DNA from: Isurus oxyrinchus
Lineage: Eukaryota
NCBI GenBank assembly: GCA_026770705.1
Contig: JANJGN010000021.1
Location: 47,058,001 to 47,122,000, forward strand
DNA: 64,000 bases
Reading direction: 5' to 3'
Shown here: one piece after another, positions 1 to 13,200 of the stretch
Layout: every line of letters begins with the position of its first letter
How positions within the stretch are numbered: the first letter of the stretch is position 1
Program-made: the position numbers and the translations under genes
Notes under the pieces: model-generated
What the model was told of the DNA's origin: nothing
Databases searched by the model: none
The model's input: only the letters and a program-made list of their open reading frames with translations

Positions 1-687
1 GCCATGGACAGGATGAGGAGATGATCCACAGGGCAGATGAAGGATGTGCGAGAGAATGAAAGATGATGCCCCTTGAACTGGCAGTGAGTGAGATTCCTGT
101 GGATGTGTGATGGACTTGTGAGTGTGTGAGTTGAGAGTGATGAGAAGAGTGACTTACCCTGGTGGAATGGAGGAGATCATTCATCCTTTTGTGGCACTGG
201 ATGACTGTCCTCTTTTGCAGGGCATTGGTGCTGACCACTGCTGCTATCGCCTCCCGTGTTGGATTGGTGATATTGCTTGCTGGTCTATGCCCAGAGCGGG
301 GGTAAAGGGCATCATGGTGGGCCTCCACTCCATCCAGTAGGTCATCCAGAGACATGTCACTAAATTGGGGGGCTGCCGTCTCCTTTGCTTTCGGGGTCAT
401 TTGTCACCTGAAGCAATCCTGGTCTGAAGACATGAAGTAGGCATGTGCTCTGGTGCGCTTTAAATATGGCGCCAGGATTGAGGAAGCGCTGGAGTCATGA
501 CATGGCAGGCAGATCCCAGCCTGTCCGCCAGTGATCGGCGTGTTCCTCGTGAATGCATAATTAGTGAGGCTGGACGCAGCGGGAATGGGATGATATGGCC
601 CGAAAAGCTGCCATTGCGGCTGGCGGGTAAACCATCCTTTTTCTTGCCTGCTACTACACTTTGTGCAAATCTGGGTCAATTCTGCCC
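1..687 (-). mobile_element. PIF/Harbinger-type element, terminal part with decayed Myb/SANT exon 1; runs off the window start
   Basis: The minus strand begins GGGCAGAATTGACCC (TIR-like) and aligns by eye to 18344-18560. The reverse complement of ~150-210 encodes IQCHKRMNDLLHSTR followed by a GTAAGT donor. Confidence 0.75.
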
Positions 688-2431
688 AGCAATTCAGCTT
701 CCTCATTTTGTCAGGCTCATAACTCCACTCAACCAGTTCCCCTGATGATGTCTTCCACACTTGTTTAAATGAAAGTTATTTTAAAAATTAACAGAAATTT
801 CCCAAAAAGCTCTCAGTGATAATATGGCAAGTCAAGCAAAATTTATAATGAAAGACTTGATGATACCTTAAGGAAAAATATTACTGATGGTTTGACTGCA
901 AAGTACAGCAAACAAGCTTGAGGGAACTAGAAACTACTAGTCACCTGTTTGCAATCTTAGCAGGAAAATGGTTAATGTCTTCACATTTTAGTGCTGTGCC
1001 CATTATTTTTATGGTGGTTTTGACCCATTTAAAATAAAGAGATTGATGTTTGTATTAAACTCACAAATAAAGAAACATCATATGTTTTGTTTGTTCAACA
1101 ATATTCCCTACTTTAATCTCCCAGCTTGTATTTATTGTCAACAACAAGTTTGTTACCTTTAATCTTTAATAAATTAACACCATGCCCTGTTATACCTCCC
1201 ACTACTGGCGCACATAATTTTCCTGGTACTATCGCAGATGTTACAGGCAGTGCTTACATCTCAAAGTGTTTTCTCTGCATTAGTGAAGCTAATGCCACAA
1301 GTGACTATAAATTTGTGCTCATTGTTTATCAAAATGAATCCCGCTCTAGTCACTTATGCTGCTAATCCCCCACCCAATAGCATTCCAACTATCACTTCTG
1401 GAAAGCTGTGTGCATTGACAATTTTTAACCCCTTCAAACTGGTGGGTCATGGGAAATTTCAGTTCCTCTGAATTAAATAGTTTTCGTTTCAGTTTTAAGT
1501 TTTGCACCTTGTCACTGAAACCAAACCTCACTGAATCAGCTTTGTTAATGCAATGATAAACTGATATGCGCTTGAAATCAATCTTTGACTTGATTTTCAC
1601 AGAATAAATGTGCAAGATGTGGCACTGAATAAGTCTGCTGCTCATGTTAGCACCGCGTTCACAACAGGATGAGAGAACTGGCCGTGGTGCTTTGAAGGTT
1701 AAAGCTGAAAGAATGTCCCATACCCTCAAAGCGCAACCAGGCATTGTCTACCCCTTCCTCCCACCCGCGTCCCCCACCACCACCCAACAAAATCCTGCAC
1801 TGTCCAGAGTTAATTTAAATTACAGCTGATGACACAAATATAGTCCATGGATGCTTGTTAGACAAGCAAAGTGTCTCGTTATGAAGTTAATGCAAGACCA
1901 AATATGACCAAATGTATCGTGTGACACCCGGGGTTCATTCGTTCCCCTGATTAAATTGTAGGTGAACCCGAAAGATTTTAGATATCAGCAGGCTTTGGGT
2001 TGACAGTGTGCAGAAGAGCAGTCAGCATCCTTTCTGCTGTTCTTGTGTTTTAACCATGAGTGACTTGTTATCTGTCTCAAATGGTCTCACTTAGAAATGC
2101 ACAAGGACATGTTCAAGACTCAAGCATAAATCCCCCTTTGGTGAAATATTTAGCACAAAAATTAATCAGCCGACAAGCAAGTGTGATGATATTTGAGGTC
2201 CAACCAGAGTTAGTGAAGGAGCTTAAAGTTCTTGTGACTGTTTAACTATTGGTGATTCACATCTGTTGCCTGTTCAAGATTTTGGTTCTCAGAGTTAGGA
2301 TCAATAGAGGCAGTGGAACGTAATGGGTGGAATTTTAAATGATAGCCCCAGCCAAAATGACAGGATCTGTAGCACGTTGGGAACCAGATTGCTGCTGGAG
2401 AGGGCTTTGCTGCAGTTGTTTAATCTAGGCT

Positions 2432-3950
2432 CTTAAAGAGGTAACTAATGAGGTGGTAGATGCGTTGGTGTTAATTTTCTAAAATTTGTTTTTGATTCTG
2501 GAAAGGTTCCATCAGACTGTATATTAGCAAATATAACCCGTCTATTCAAGAAGGGAGGGAGGCAGAAAACAGGGAACTATAGTCTAGTTAGCTTGACCCC
2601 TGTCATGGTGAAGGTGTTAGAATCAACTATTAAGGAGATTATAGCTGGGCACTTAAAGAAACTCAAGGTAATTGGGAAGAGGAAGCATGGTTCTGTGAAA
2701 GGGAAATCATGTTTAACCAACTTATTGCAGTTCTCTAAAGGAATAACATGCATATGGATAAAGGGTAGCCTGTAGACATGCTGTACTTGGATTTCTAGAA
2801 GGCATTTGATAAGGTGCCCCATCAAAGGTTATTGCGGAAAATAAATGCTCATGGTGTACGGAGTTATATAGTACATGGATAGAAGATTGGCTGGCTGCCA
2901 GAAAACAGAGGGTATGCATAAATGGGTCTTCGTGACAAGTGGATTCCTGCAGAAGTCTGTGCTGGGGCCTCAACTTTTTACAATTTACATCAATGTCTAA
3001 GATGAGGAGACTAAAGGCATGGTAGCTAAATTTGCAGATGACACAAAAACATGTAGGAAAATATGTTGCGAAGAGGACATAAGGAGGTTGCAAATGGATA
3101 TAGATAGGTTGAGCGAGTTGGCAAAAATCTGGCAGATGGAGTATAATGTGGGAAAATGTGAAATTGTTCACTTTGGCAGGAAGGATAAAAAAGCAAAGTA
3201 TTACTTAAATGGAGAACAACTGCAGAATTCCAAGGTGCAAAGGGATCTAGGTATTCTAGTGCATGAGTCACAAAAATTTAATATGTAGGTACAAGAAGTA
3301 ATTAAGAAGGTTAGTGGAATGCTATTACATGAGGAATTGAACATATAAGTAGGGATGTTATGCTTCAGTTATAGAGGGTATTGGTGAGACCACATCTCAA
3401 GTAGTATGTGCCATTTTGGTCTCTTTATTGAAAGAAGGCTGTAAATGCATTGGAAGTGGTTCAGAGGAGGTTTACGGGATTGATACCTGGAATGAGCAGT
3501 TGCTTTATGAGGAAAGGTGAGACAGACTTGGCTTGTTTCCACTGAAGCTTAGAGTAGAGAGGGGTGACTTCACTGAAGCATATAAGATCCCAAACAGTAT
3601 TGATAAGGTGGATGTGGAAAGGATGTTTCCTCTTGTGGGTGAGTCCAGAACTGTTTTAAAATTAGGGGTCGCTCTTTTAGAACAGAGATGAGGAAAAAAA
3701 AATTTCTCTCTGGGGTTTATGCGACTTTGGAACTCTCTGCCTCTGAAGGCGGTGGAGGCAGGGTTATTGAATATTTTTAAGGCAGTGGTGGATTGATTCT
3801 TGTTAGACAAGGGAATCAAAGGTTATCAGAGGTAGATGGGAATGTGGAATTCAAAGCACAAATGGATCAGCCATGATCTTATTGAATTATGAGGCAGGCT
3901 CGAGGGGCCAAATGGCCTACTTCTGTTCCTATTTCATATGTTTGTCTATT
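2432..3950 (+). mobile_element. CR1 LINE (family 1), 5'-truncated decayed RT and 3' tail
   Basis: ORF fragments read GKSCLTNLL, VAKFADDTK and WQMEYNVGKCEIVHFG. The 3' end is GAGGGGCCAAATGGCCTACTTCTGTTCCTATTTC. Many stops and frameshifts. Confidence 0.92.
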
Positions 3951-4189
3951 TGTATCCCACATTTGGGTTTCCTGGCCACTTGGGTGGGTGGGATGATACC
4001 CTGAATCTGTCAATGACGGTTCAGTAATTAAAGGTTGTTCGGTAAAGGGTGAACAGCAGGAGCACCTCATACTGATGTAACTTTGGATATAACTGTGATG
4101 CAATGTTATATGCTTAAGATAGTGAGATCTGGTGGGAAGCAGAATTACAATCTCATATAGAGTACTGAGATGTGTATATCGATCTGCAA

Positions 4190-5895
4190 AGATAAGACAG
4201 AAGCATTTGCAATAATCTTCAGCCAGAAATGGTCAGTGGATGATCCGTCTCAGACCCCTTAGATGTCCTCAGCATTATAGGTGTCGGTCTTCAGCCAATT
4301 CAATTCACTCCATATGATAGCAAGGAGCAGATGAGGACACTGGATACTGCAAAGGCTGTGGGCCCTGACAATATTCTGGCATTGGTCCTAAAGACTTGTG
4401 TCCCAGAACTTGCCAAGCTTTCCCAGTACAGCAACAACACTGGCAGTTACCTGGCAATGTGGAAAATTGCCCAGGTATGCCCTGTACACAAAAAGCAGGA
4501 CAAATCCAATCTGGCCAATTATTGCCCCATCAGTCAACTCTCAGTCATCAGTAAAGTAATAGGAGGGGTCATCAACAGTGCTATCAAGTGGCTCTTGCTT
4601 AGCAATAACCTGCTCACTGATACCCAGTTTGGGTTCCACTAGGGCCACTCAACTCCTGACCTCATTACAGCCTTGGTTTCAACGTGGACAAAAGAGCTGA
4701 ATTCCAGAGGTGAGGTGAGAGTGACTGTCCTTGACATCGAAGCAGCATTTGACAGTGTGGCACCAAGGACCCCTAGCAAAACAGGGATCAATGGAAATCA
4801 GAGGGAAAAATCTCCGCTGGTTGGAGTCATACATAGCACAAAGGAAGATGGTTGTGGTTGTTGGAGGTCAGTCATCTCAGCTGCAGGACATCACTGCAGG
4901 TGTTCCTCAGGGTAGTGTCCTCGGCCCAACCATCTTCAGCTGCTTCTTCAATGACCTTCCTTCCATCATAAGGTCTGAAGTGGGGATGATTGCTAATTGC
5001 ACAATGTTCAGCATCATTCACAACTCCTCAGATACTGAATCATTCCATGTCCAAACACAGCAAGGCCTGGACAACATCCAGGCTTGGGTTGACAAGTGGC
5101 CACCCTTGCACCTCACAAGTACCAGGCAATTACCATCCTCAACAAGAGAAAATCTAACCATCTCCCCTTGACATTCAATGGCTTTACCATTGCTGAATCC
5201 CTTGCTATTAACACCTTAGAGATTACTATTGACCAGAAACTGAACAGGCCTAGCCATATATATACCATGGCTTCAAGAGCAGAACAGAGGCTTGGAATCT
5301 TGTGGTGAGTAACTCACCTCCTAACTTCCCAAAACCTATCCAACATCTTCAAAGCACAAGTCAGGAATATGATGAAATACTCTCCACTTGCCTGGATGAG
5401 TGCAGCTCCAACAACACTCAAGAAGCTTGACACCATCCAAGACAAAGCAGCCCACTTGATTGGCACCCAATCCACAAACACTCACTCCATCCCACCACCT
5501 ACACACAGTGGCAGCAGTGTACCATCTACAAGATGCACCGCAGGAACTCACCAAGCCTCATTAGACAGCACATTCCAAACCCAAGAGCACTACCATCTAG
5601 AAGGACAAGAGCAATAAACATATGGGAACATCATGTGGAACTTCCACCACCTGGAAGCTCCCCTCCAGGCCACTCACTTTCTTGACTTGTAAACATATCA
5701 CTGTTCCTTCACTAATGCTGGGTCAAATCCTGGAACTCCCTTCCTAAGAGCACTGTGGGTGTACCTACAACACATGGATTGCAGCGGTTCAAGAAAGCAG
5801 ATCACCCCCACTTTCTCAAGGGCAATTAGGGATGGGTAATAAATGCTGGCCCAGCCAGTGAAGCCGTATCCCATAAATGATTTTTTTTTTAAAAG
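4190..5895 (+). mobile_element. CR1/L2-group LINE (family 2), 5'-truncated decayed RT and 3' UTR
   Basis: ORF fragments read KAVGPDNI, WKIAQVCPVHKK, LDIEAAFDSV and [10 protein letters not shown]. The tail CAAGGGCAATTAGGGATGGG-AATAAATGCTGGCC is shared with 26370-26630 and 47330-47992. Confidence 0.9.
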
Positions 5896-5996
5896 GAAGC
5901 ATTTTTTTTTACAAATAACAGTCTATGGTAGCATTCTTAGGTTAACAGGCAAGCCATAAAGAAACCCCATCTAGAAACCAAACCCAAAACAAGACA

Positions 5997-7562
5997 TGGT
6001 GGAGCTGATGGTTTCTGTCAACTATACATGCGCACAATCTGAAATGTGGTGGCAGCAGAGAGAGTGTAAAGATTCAGATAAACCCCTAGAGATAACTTCA
6101 GACTTGAGAGCCTTCTGAATTCTTGGAAAAGGATAGTAAGAAATATTGTCGACTTGCCTGAGAACAGAGCATCATTGTTGCTATGGATGCAAGCTGACAC
6201 AAAGACCCAGAGTCCAGACAGCAGTGAGTGTAGATCACAACCTACAAGCCAAACTACTGAAAGCAGCAACAGATGCAGAGCTTAGGGTAAGCATGAAGTC
6301 TTTGCCACTACCAGAACCATTCTGAAGCACTGAAGCATGGAAGACTCCCAACAGGCTCAACGCTGGGACAATTGGAGGAAGAGATTCTACAGATACAGAA
6401 CAGCTTCAAGTTTGCATAAAAAGAACCAGAAGGATCAGGTCAGTACCTTACGCAGTAGGGGCCATAGCAAGCAATGTTATTGCAAGACAGGGCATCGATG
6501 AGGCTTCGAGCTCATATGAGGAAACCCTCCAGATATTCAATTCGCAGTTCAGTGTTCGAAAAAGATGTGATCCTTAAGCGAAGGAAATTAATAAGAGGCA
6601 AAATCTGGTTGAATCCATGGACTCATTTATAAATGACCTATACAGACTCATGGGGAATTGTGCCTATGGGATCCTCGAAGGTGAATTAACACTTGATCAT
6701 CTTATGACTGGGGTCTTGGATGAAACCCTATTAGATTTTTTTGTAAATGAGAGAAAGTTTAACTCTGTCAAAGGCAGTACAAATAACAGAACAGACTGAG
6801 CTTAGGAAGTAAAACAGAACAGTTGCTCTTGGGGCAAGTGATGTCCCTTGGATAAAATTAAGTGAATCCATTCAATATGTTAGACAAAGAAGTGAAAGCG
6901 CATAAAGCAAATGCCCGCAAAAATCAGGAAATAGCGTTCCAAGCGTAATCTTGCAATGCTCTCGGCGTGGCAGGAAAACCCTACACTAGTGGAAAGAATG
7001 CCCAGCAGGAGGAGCTGAGTGCCACAACTGTGATGAGTTCGGACATTTCAAAATAGTCTGCAGATCCAACGTTCCAATAGCTCATAGGAAGAGAGAGATA
7101 ACAACAAAAACCAGATAAAGCTCAAGAAGTGGAAGAGCCACAAAAAGAATGAATAACCTTCTTAGGAAACAGTTAACGAAACAGAAAGTAATTACTGGAG
7201 CATTAAATTAGAAGTTGATGGTCACCCCACAGGATTCAAGCGAGATACTGGGACAGGGGCTCAGTATTATCTGATGAAGTAAAATGGCTTAAAAATATCA
7301 CATCACAGCCATCCTCTTATCCAATTGCAAGGTCCAGGAGGGACTATATTATAAGTAATAGGCCAACATTTGGCAAGGTTAAGATACAAGGATAAAGAAA
7401 TTGTGGAACCCCTGTATGTGACAAAGAACCAGGAGTCATCATTATTGAGCAGAAAAGCTTATTTGCAATTAAGGTTAATTCACAAGGATGATAAAATTGC
7501 TGATGAGCAGTGTAGTGAGGTATTCAGAAATGCATTTCCATCCTTAGTTTCAGGCTTAGGAA
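5997..7562 (+). mobile_element. Gypsy/Ty3-type LTR retrotransposon relic: putative PBS, gag with zinc knuckle, protease
   Basis: ...ACA is followed by TGGT (LTR end and PBS-like) at ~5994-6000. Gag-like WDNWRKRFYRYRTASSL..QVSTL and DSFINDLYRL...ELTLDHLMTG, a CCHC knuckle CHNCDEFGHFKIVC (~7020-7060) and protease-like FKRDTG (~7235-7250) are present. Frames are broken. Confidence 0.8.
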
Positions 7563-7564
7563 AC

Positions 7565-7708
7565 AGCCAATTTTGCTGTGCTCCCGCCTTCCTGAAAATT
7601 TAAATGGGGCGAGATGACGTTGGGGGTTCCGCCCAACATCATCTCACGTCATTTTATGCGTCAGCGAGCGGGCCCTGCCCCCGCTTGCCGACGGCAAAAT
7701 TCTGCCCT
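7565..7708. mobile_element. Harbinger-type MITE terminus
   Basis: Ends AAAATTCTGCCC. Its reverse complement resembles the start of the MITE at ~45974. Confidence 0.65.
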
Positions 7709-8509
7709 CTGTCTTTAAAGTCTTCCCAGCACAATCACTCCCCCCCCCCCCGCCCCGTGCTCTCACCCTGTGAACCCTGGCAAAATGGGGACCCAGGCAG
7801 TTGAAGGGTTAAAGTGCAGAGTTAAAGTGAAACTTAATGACCTATTTGAATATTTTAATTACTTTCTTCATAGTTTGATGGGTGTTCCCCACTCGTCTTT
7901 AAACTTGTCCAAGTCAAACCTGGAAAAGAGCAAAATGAAGCTAGGTTCCTGACCCCACCCACTTCTCAAGGATTTAATCCTGTGCCCTCACCCATGTCCA
8001 TCTCCCCTTGCCGGTTTAAATTTTGGCCAATATTTCTGTGGCAAAAGATGTGACTTGTAAAATAGATGAATTTGGCATTCAGATTTTACTTCTCTTTTCT
8101 AGCATCTGCCATATTTTGATTTTTTATCTGTAACTAGCCCCTCTGCACATATTTTAATATCACAGCCTGTCTGACTGCATGTGGAATTGGTGAGTAGGTT
8201 TTCCTTATGAGGGGCCATGTAATTAAAACAATGAATATATTTAGAATTACCTGATCTTTGTTACTAATTTGATGCACCCATAAAAGAATCTGTGTTTGGG
8301 GTGAAATAATGCTGTGCAATATTAGCACTTGAATGCACAGCGGGTTTTATTCAATTCTGTTACCTGCTCTTCTGTTGAAGGTGTTAACTCTCTTTTTAAA
8401 TATTTTTTTACAATAATAGGTTCACACTTTGAAATGGCAATAAAGGAAATTTGTTCTGAGCACATCTTGCACATGTGCTGTCAATGTCTCCTAAACAAGT
8501 GCATCGCCA

Positions 8510-8702
8510 ATTTTAAAGTCTCTACCTCACACTTTTTCACGAAGGCACTCCTTACCTATCTACTTTGACCAAGCTTTTGGTTATCTGCCCTAATATCTCC
8601 TTTTGTGTCTCAGTCTCAAATTCTGTTTGATAACATTCCCATAAAACACTGTGGGACATTTCACTACATTAAGGGTTCTGTATAAATGCAAGTTACTGTT
8701 GT
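8510..8702 (+). mobile_element. L2 LINE 3' end
   Basis: Reads TTTGACCAAGCTTTTGG...GGGACATTTCACTACATTAAGGG..TATAAATGCAAGTT, an L2-type tail seen repeatedly in the window. Confidence 0.75.
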
Positions 8703-8819
8703 AAATGAGCCTGGCCTGGGAAAATCCGTCGGGGTCAGCCCTCAATGGGACAAGTGCAGGCCAGTCCAGGAGAATTCATACTTGAACAGAAAACACAGCT
8801 TCATTGCCTAACTTACCAG

Positions 8820-8955
8820 AACAACAGCATACATTTATAAAGCACCTTTAATGCAGTAAAACATTCCAAGGCGCTTCTTCAGAATATTATTAAACAAAAT
8901 TTGACACCGAGCCACATTAAGAGATGTTCAGGCAGGTGACTAAAAGCTTGGTCAA
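8820..8955 (-). mobile_element. L2 LINE 3' end, tail-to-tail with the previous copy
   Basis: Reverse complement of the same tail: CATTTATAAAGCACCTTTAATGCAGTAAAACATTCCAAGGCGC...AAAAGCTTGGTCAA. Confidence 0.75.
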
Positions 8956-10143
8956 GGGGTTCCACCCACTGATTCCTGCATAAAACCTGTTGTGTGCTTG
9001 GAGGAGGCAATTGCCATCACCCTAAAGCCTTTGATTATGTTTGTACCATTCTCTGAGATAGTCAGCCTAGTTGAGAACTTATCCATTACGGAATGTTCCC
9101 GTTTCTCCCAGCGAATGGAGGGTGAGACAGTAGCATCCTCATCCACAAATACAGCGACATCTGGGAATGGTATTCTCAGATATTCACCAAGAATTATTGA
9201 AAATCTGTGGATGTCAGTGCATGGAAACTAGGAACCTTGTTCCACAATATTCAGTAACACAAGACATATTATAACACTCTCAATTTTAAAATTCTCATTC
9301 ATGTTTACAAATCTTTCCAGGGCCTCTCTCTGCTCCTTCAATGCTTACCTTACAAGCATCTTCAATTTTTATCACTCCAACATTGGCAGTTGTGCCTTCG
9401 AATGCCTAGGCCCTAAGTTTTGCAAATCCCTCCCTGAACTTGCCCAGCTGTCTAATCCTTTAAGATTCGGTATTCCATTAAAGTTACTGAACTATAGATG
9501 ACAATATCTTCAAATAATCTTTATTTTTCCATGTTACGTGCATTTACCGGTATAAAACTCAAACATTTCTTTCACACACTGATTAAGTGGAAACACAAGC
9601 TTCTTCATCTTATTAATAAAATACCACTATTGATGAATTCTACGTTGAATGAAGGGTTGAACAATGCGATGCTTTCCCTTTGTCAGTATCCAATGACAAC
9701 ATTGAGCTGTACCAGTTTGAAGATGGAGAAATTCTGTGTGCAACCTTCCTTAACAGCATCCTTCAGCTTTAATTTCACAAAAATACTTTCTGTAGGTGCT
9801 GAATGAGATTAGAGATTTTCCACACTACCAAATTCCATTGCTGTTCAAACAGAGATGTTCATTCACTGGAAGCAACTAGATTAATATCTCCATTAAAGAA
9901 GTGGCCAGAGGAGTTTGATATAAAATTGATAATATTTCACAGTGAAATTTGAACTCTTATACAGGCAATAAATTCCAATAATCTTGTACTGTTACTGAGC
10001 TCCCATTATCAATTCAATGGCTGGTATTTTATACTCCTGAGACATGATTGATTTTGTTTTGTCGAATCACTTTCAGATCGCTGCTCCAGTTAGTGTGAAT
10101 GGGATTACATTGAGTTGCATAGCTTTACAGCATTAAAAATATT

Positions 10144-12150
10144 GGGCGAGGCTTTGCCTCAAGTAGGGTACTGCAGAGGCCTTGCGCTGGGATTTATAGG
10201 CCCCCAGCAGCAGCTCCTTCCTGTACTGTTCGCGCACTGCTCTGTTAGTAGAAGCGCACGTGGAGTGAGGGGTGGGGGGGAATAGTGATGGTGACCCTGC
10301 ATGCATGGAAGGCTGTGAATGGACACTATGAACTGGCTGATGTGACACCAGGGTTCCTAATTTCAAATACAAATGTGAAGGCAGCATTTTTGTTGTATAC
10401 ATGGCAAACAGGCATAAAGCTGCCAAGTGGGTCATGAACCCAACTTGCGGCTAATTGATCTTTTGGATCTTTTCCTATTGCAAACTGCCTATAAGTAATC
10501 CCGGAGGTGTTTTGGCAGAGAGTTTTGCCTTATCTTCACAGTTAGGGCCAGGGGATATGGTGACCTGTCCAAACAAAGGCTGCATTATATGTGACAGTGC
10601 AATGCCTCTGGGATTGCAGCATGACAGGGGGATGGAGCAAAGGCTGTGGAGAGGGCAAGCTCTGCACGATGCCCTCTGCCAAGTTAGGGTGGACTCCTCC
10701 ATGCTCCTTGACAGTGACAGGAAGCCAATGCATCCAGCCATTTAGTCAGCTTGGCCATCAGTGTTCTCCTGTATGCCACCTCATCATAGCCCCCATCAGT
10801 CCTGGCTAGTAGAATTTAATTGCCACCTTGCCATCTGGCGAGCTGGCAAAAACACTATCTTTTACTCCCTGGCCTGGCAACAACCCACTCATTCCCATTG
10901 ACTTACTATGTGCTGATATCAACTCTATACCAGCCTCCAGGATACAGACAGTGCCAGTTGCGAGCGTTAGATCAAATGGCAGAGCCTCTTCATTGGTGTT
11001 GTGCGGTTGCTCTCTCTCTTTCTCCTTAAGCTGTTGTGGCTGGGCAGGCAACAGCTTCTGGGTGTTAGAAAACAGGAAATCAGAAGGGGAAGGCTGGTGT
11101 GAGGGAAGGGGTTTGGCAGGGGAGCAAGAGGTCCATGGCCACACCATCAGCAGCTTTCTCAGCATGCCAACTAACAAGACAGCAGTGTGATGGGGGTTGA
11201 AAAGGGGCATAATTGGCAGCAACATACTGTCATCTTCAATATTATTGATGATATTGGATGCCATGGGCTCTGTCACAGCCAGCTCCATGATGTGGATAAC
11301 TATGGGGCTCAAGTGATGCAGGCATCCTTGTGCCCAGTCAGCCCTGTTCTGTTCTCACCTATTGTATTTTACTTTGTTCTGCAAGAGAATGTATAGCACT
11401 GTGATTGGGTGATGTGCCTGCCATAGCTGACCAGATGGAGGTACATGGAGTCAACAGGATGTGGATGTGAGGCTGGCAACATTGGTAGGTGTGTGAGGGA
11501 TGGGTATTTTGGATATTACACATGAGACCTGATGCTGCTGGGCGAGTGATGTGGGCGTGATGCATTAAGCAACATGAGAGGCTGGTGATACAGTGGGTAG
11601 GAGCTGTCATGTGAAGAGGCATTCACTGGCTTTGGCCAGCTGCATGAAATCATTAGGCTTCTTGTAGCACTGCTGCCAGGTCCTCAGATCCGGACTCTGA
11701 GAATTGGCCTCACTGGCCATCTGCACCCATTCCCTTCTGGGGCCTCGTGGCCCCATACAGAACAATGGCCTTGCCTACTGCCCCCCTGAACCACTAATGC
11801 CTCTAGAAAGTCGCTTTCATCAGGCTAGAACCCTCTGTCAGCCCTGGTGTTCACCTTGCAATAATTTACATTGCAGCAACATTTTGTACCTTTAAGGTAC
11901 AGCCTGTCTTTAAGAAGAGCAAGCTGGTTGCACCACATGGTGGGCAAGTGATGCTGGCAGCCTCTGCTGTGCACACAGGCCGGAGGCAGCTTGGAGGAGC
12001 AGACAGCAGTGCTGGAATTGCTTGGGCCCATGCTACAATTGTGCAGATGAGGTGGGCACATGAAAATTATGAGGTGATCACCTCAACCTGCATTGGTGTG
12101 AACAGGTCATGATTTGTAATCCTTGTGCCCACAATCAGGGCAACCCAATC
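10144..12150 (-). mobile_element. Decayed Harbinger-type element with Myb/SANT remnant
   Basis: The reverse complement of ~11620-11720 encodes RTWQQCYKKPNDFMQLAK. The GC-rich body resembles 20740-21860 and 25170-25830. Ends are approximate. Confidence 0.6.
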
Positions 12151-13029
12151 TTTTAGCTCATTCCACCCCAATAGTCAGTCCCAATGTTTATGCTCCACAT
12201 GAGTCTTCTTCCATCTTATTTCATCTAGCCCTCTCTTCTGGGACAATTCAACAGACATGAAAAATTCAGAGCTTACATTGCTGGTTTTTCTGGTCAGGCT
12301 TCTGAACCAAAATGGCGTGAAATGGAGACTGTGTGCATTAGACCTGACGACATGTTAATCGTGTGTTGATGTGTCAACATCTTGTGTGTTATCTATAATG
12401 TTTGTACACATTCCTGGGGGGTTGTCCAAATGAATGCATTACAGTTTTCTTTTGGGTTGTTAAGCCTCAATTAAAGAGAAACATGCAATTTCTTCAGCCT
12501 TCTGTTCCAACTCCAGGTATCCTGTATACAAGCAAGGAACAGAGTGTGTTCCAGTATAGTGAGGTGACTCTTTAAGGTCGCTTTTCAGTATATTTGTTTC
12601 AGGAACATTTGCATTTCAAGCTACTGATATAAGCTGGTTCCAGTTCCAGTCAGGCAGAGTCTTCTCTCTATTGTTTGGGTCCCATTGAACTGGATATTTA
12701 ACCTGTTTAGAAGAAAGCACTTTGCAGTCTGAATGCAATGGCAAGCTTTCTTCCAACAGTTAAAAATATAAAAATTTGGAAGGAGGAGTTTCTAATCTGT
12801 AAAAGTTCCCAGCGTAACCAATGACCCTCCTCTGCCTCTATCCTCGCCACGTGCTCTACCCAGCTCCATGCACTATGTAAACCACATTTGTTACTGTACT
12901 AGATTTAACTCCATGAGATGTTAAACCTTAGACTGTGAACCCAACTCTTCCAGGGAGTCTCGCTGCTCCCTGATCCCTTTCCCTGGATTGATAAAGGTGA
13001 TAGGGTGTTTACTGTAAAGATGCACTCTA

Positions 13030-13200
13030 ACAAAAAAAAAAGTCGAATTAATCTTACAAAAAGCTTGATTGAAAAGGTAGGTTTTAAGGAGTGGCTTAAA
13101 GGAGGAAAGGGAAGTAGGGAAGTTTAGGGAGGGAATTCGAGAGTTTATGGTTTTGACAGCTGAAGGCAGGGCCAACAGTGAAGTGATTTGGATTAGGGAT
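13030..13200 (-). mobile_element. L2 LINE fragment
   Basis: Reads AAAAGCTTG..AAAGGTAGGTTTTAAGGAG...GGGAGGGAATTC...CAGCTGAAGGCA, the antisense L2 3' region. Confidence 0.65.
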
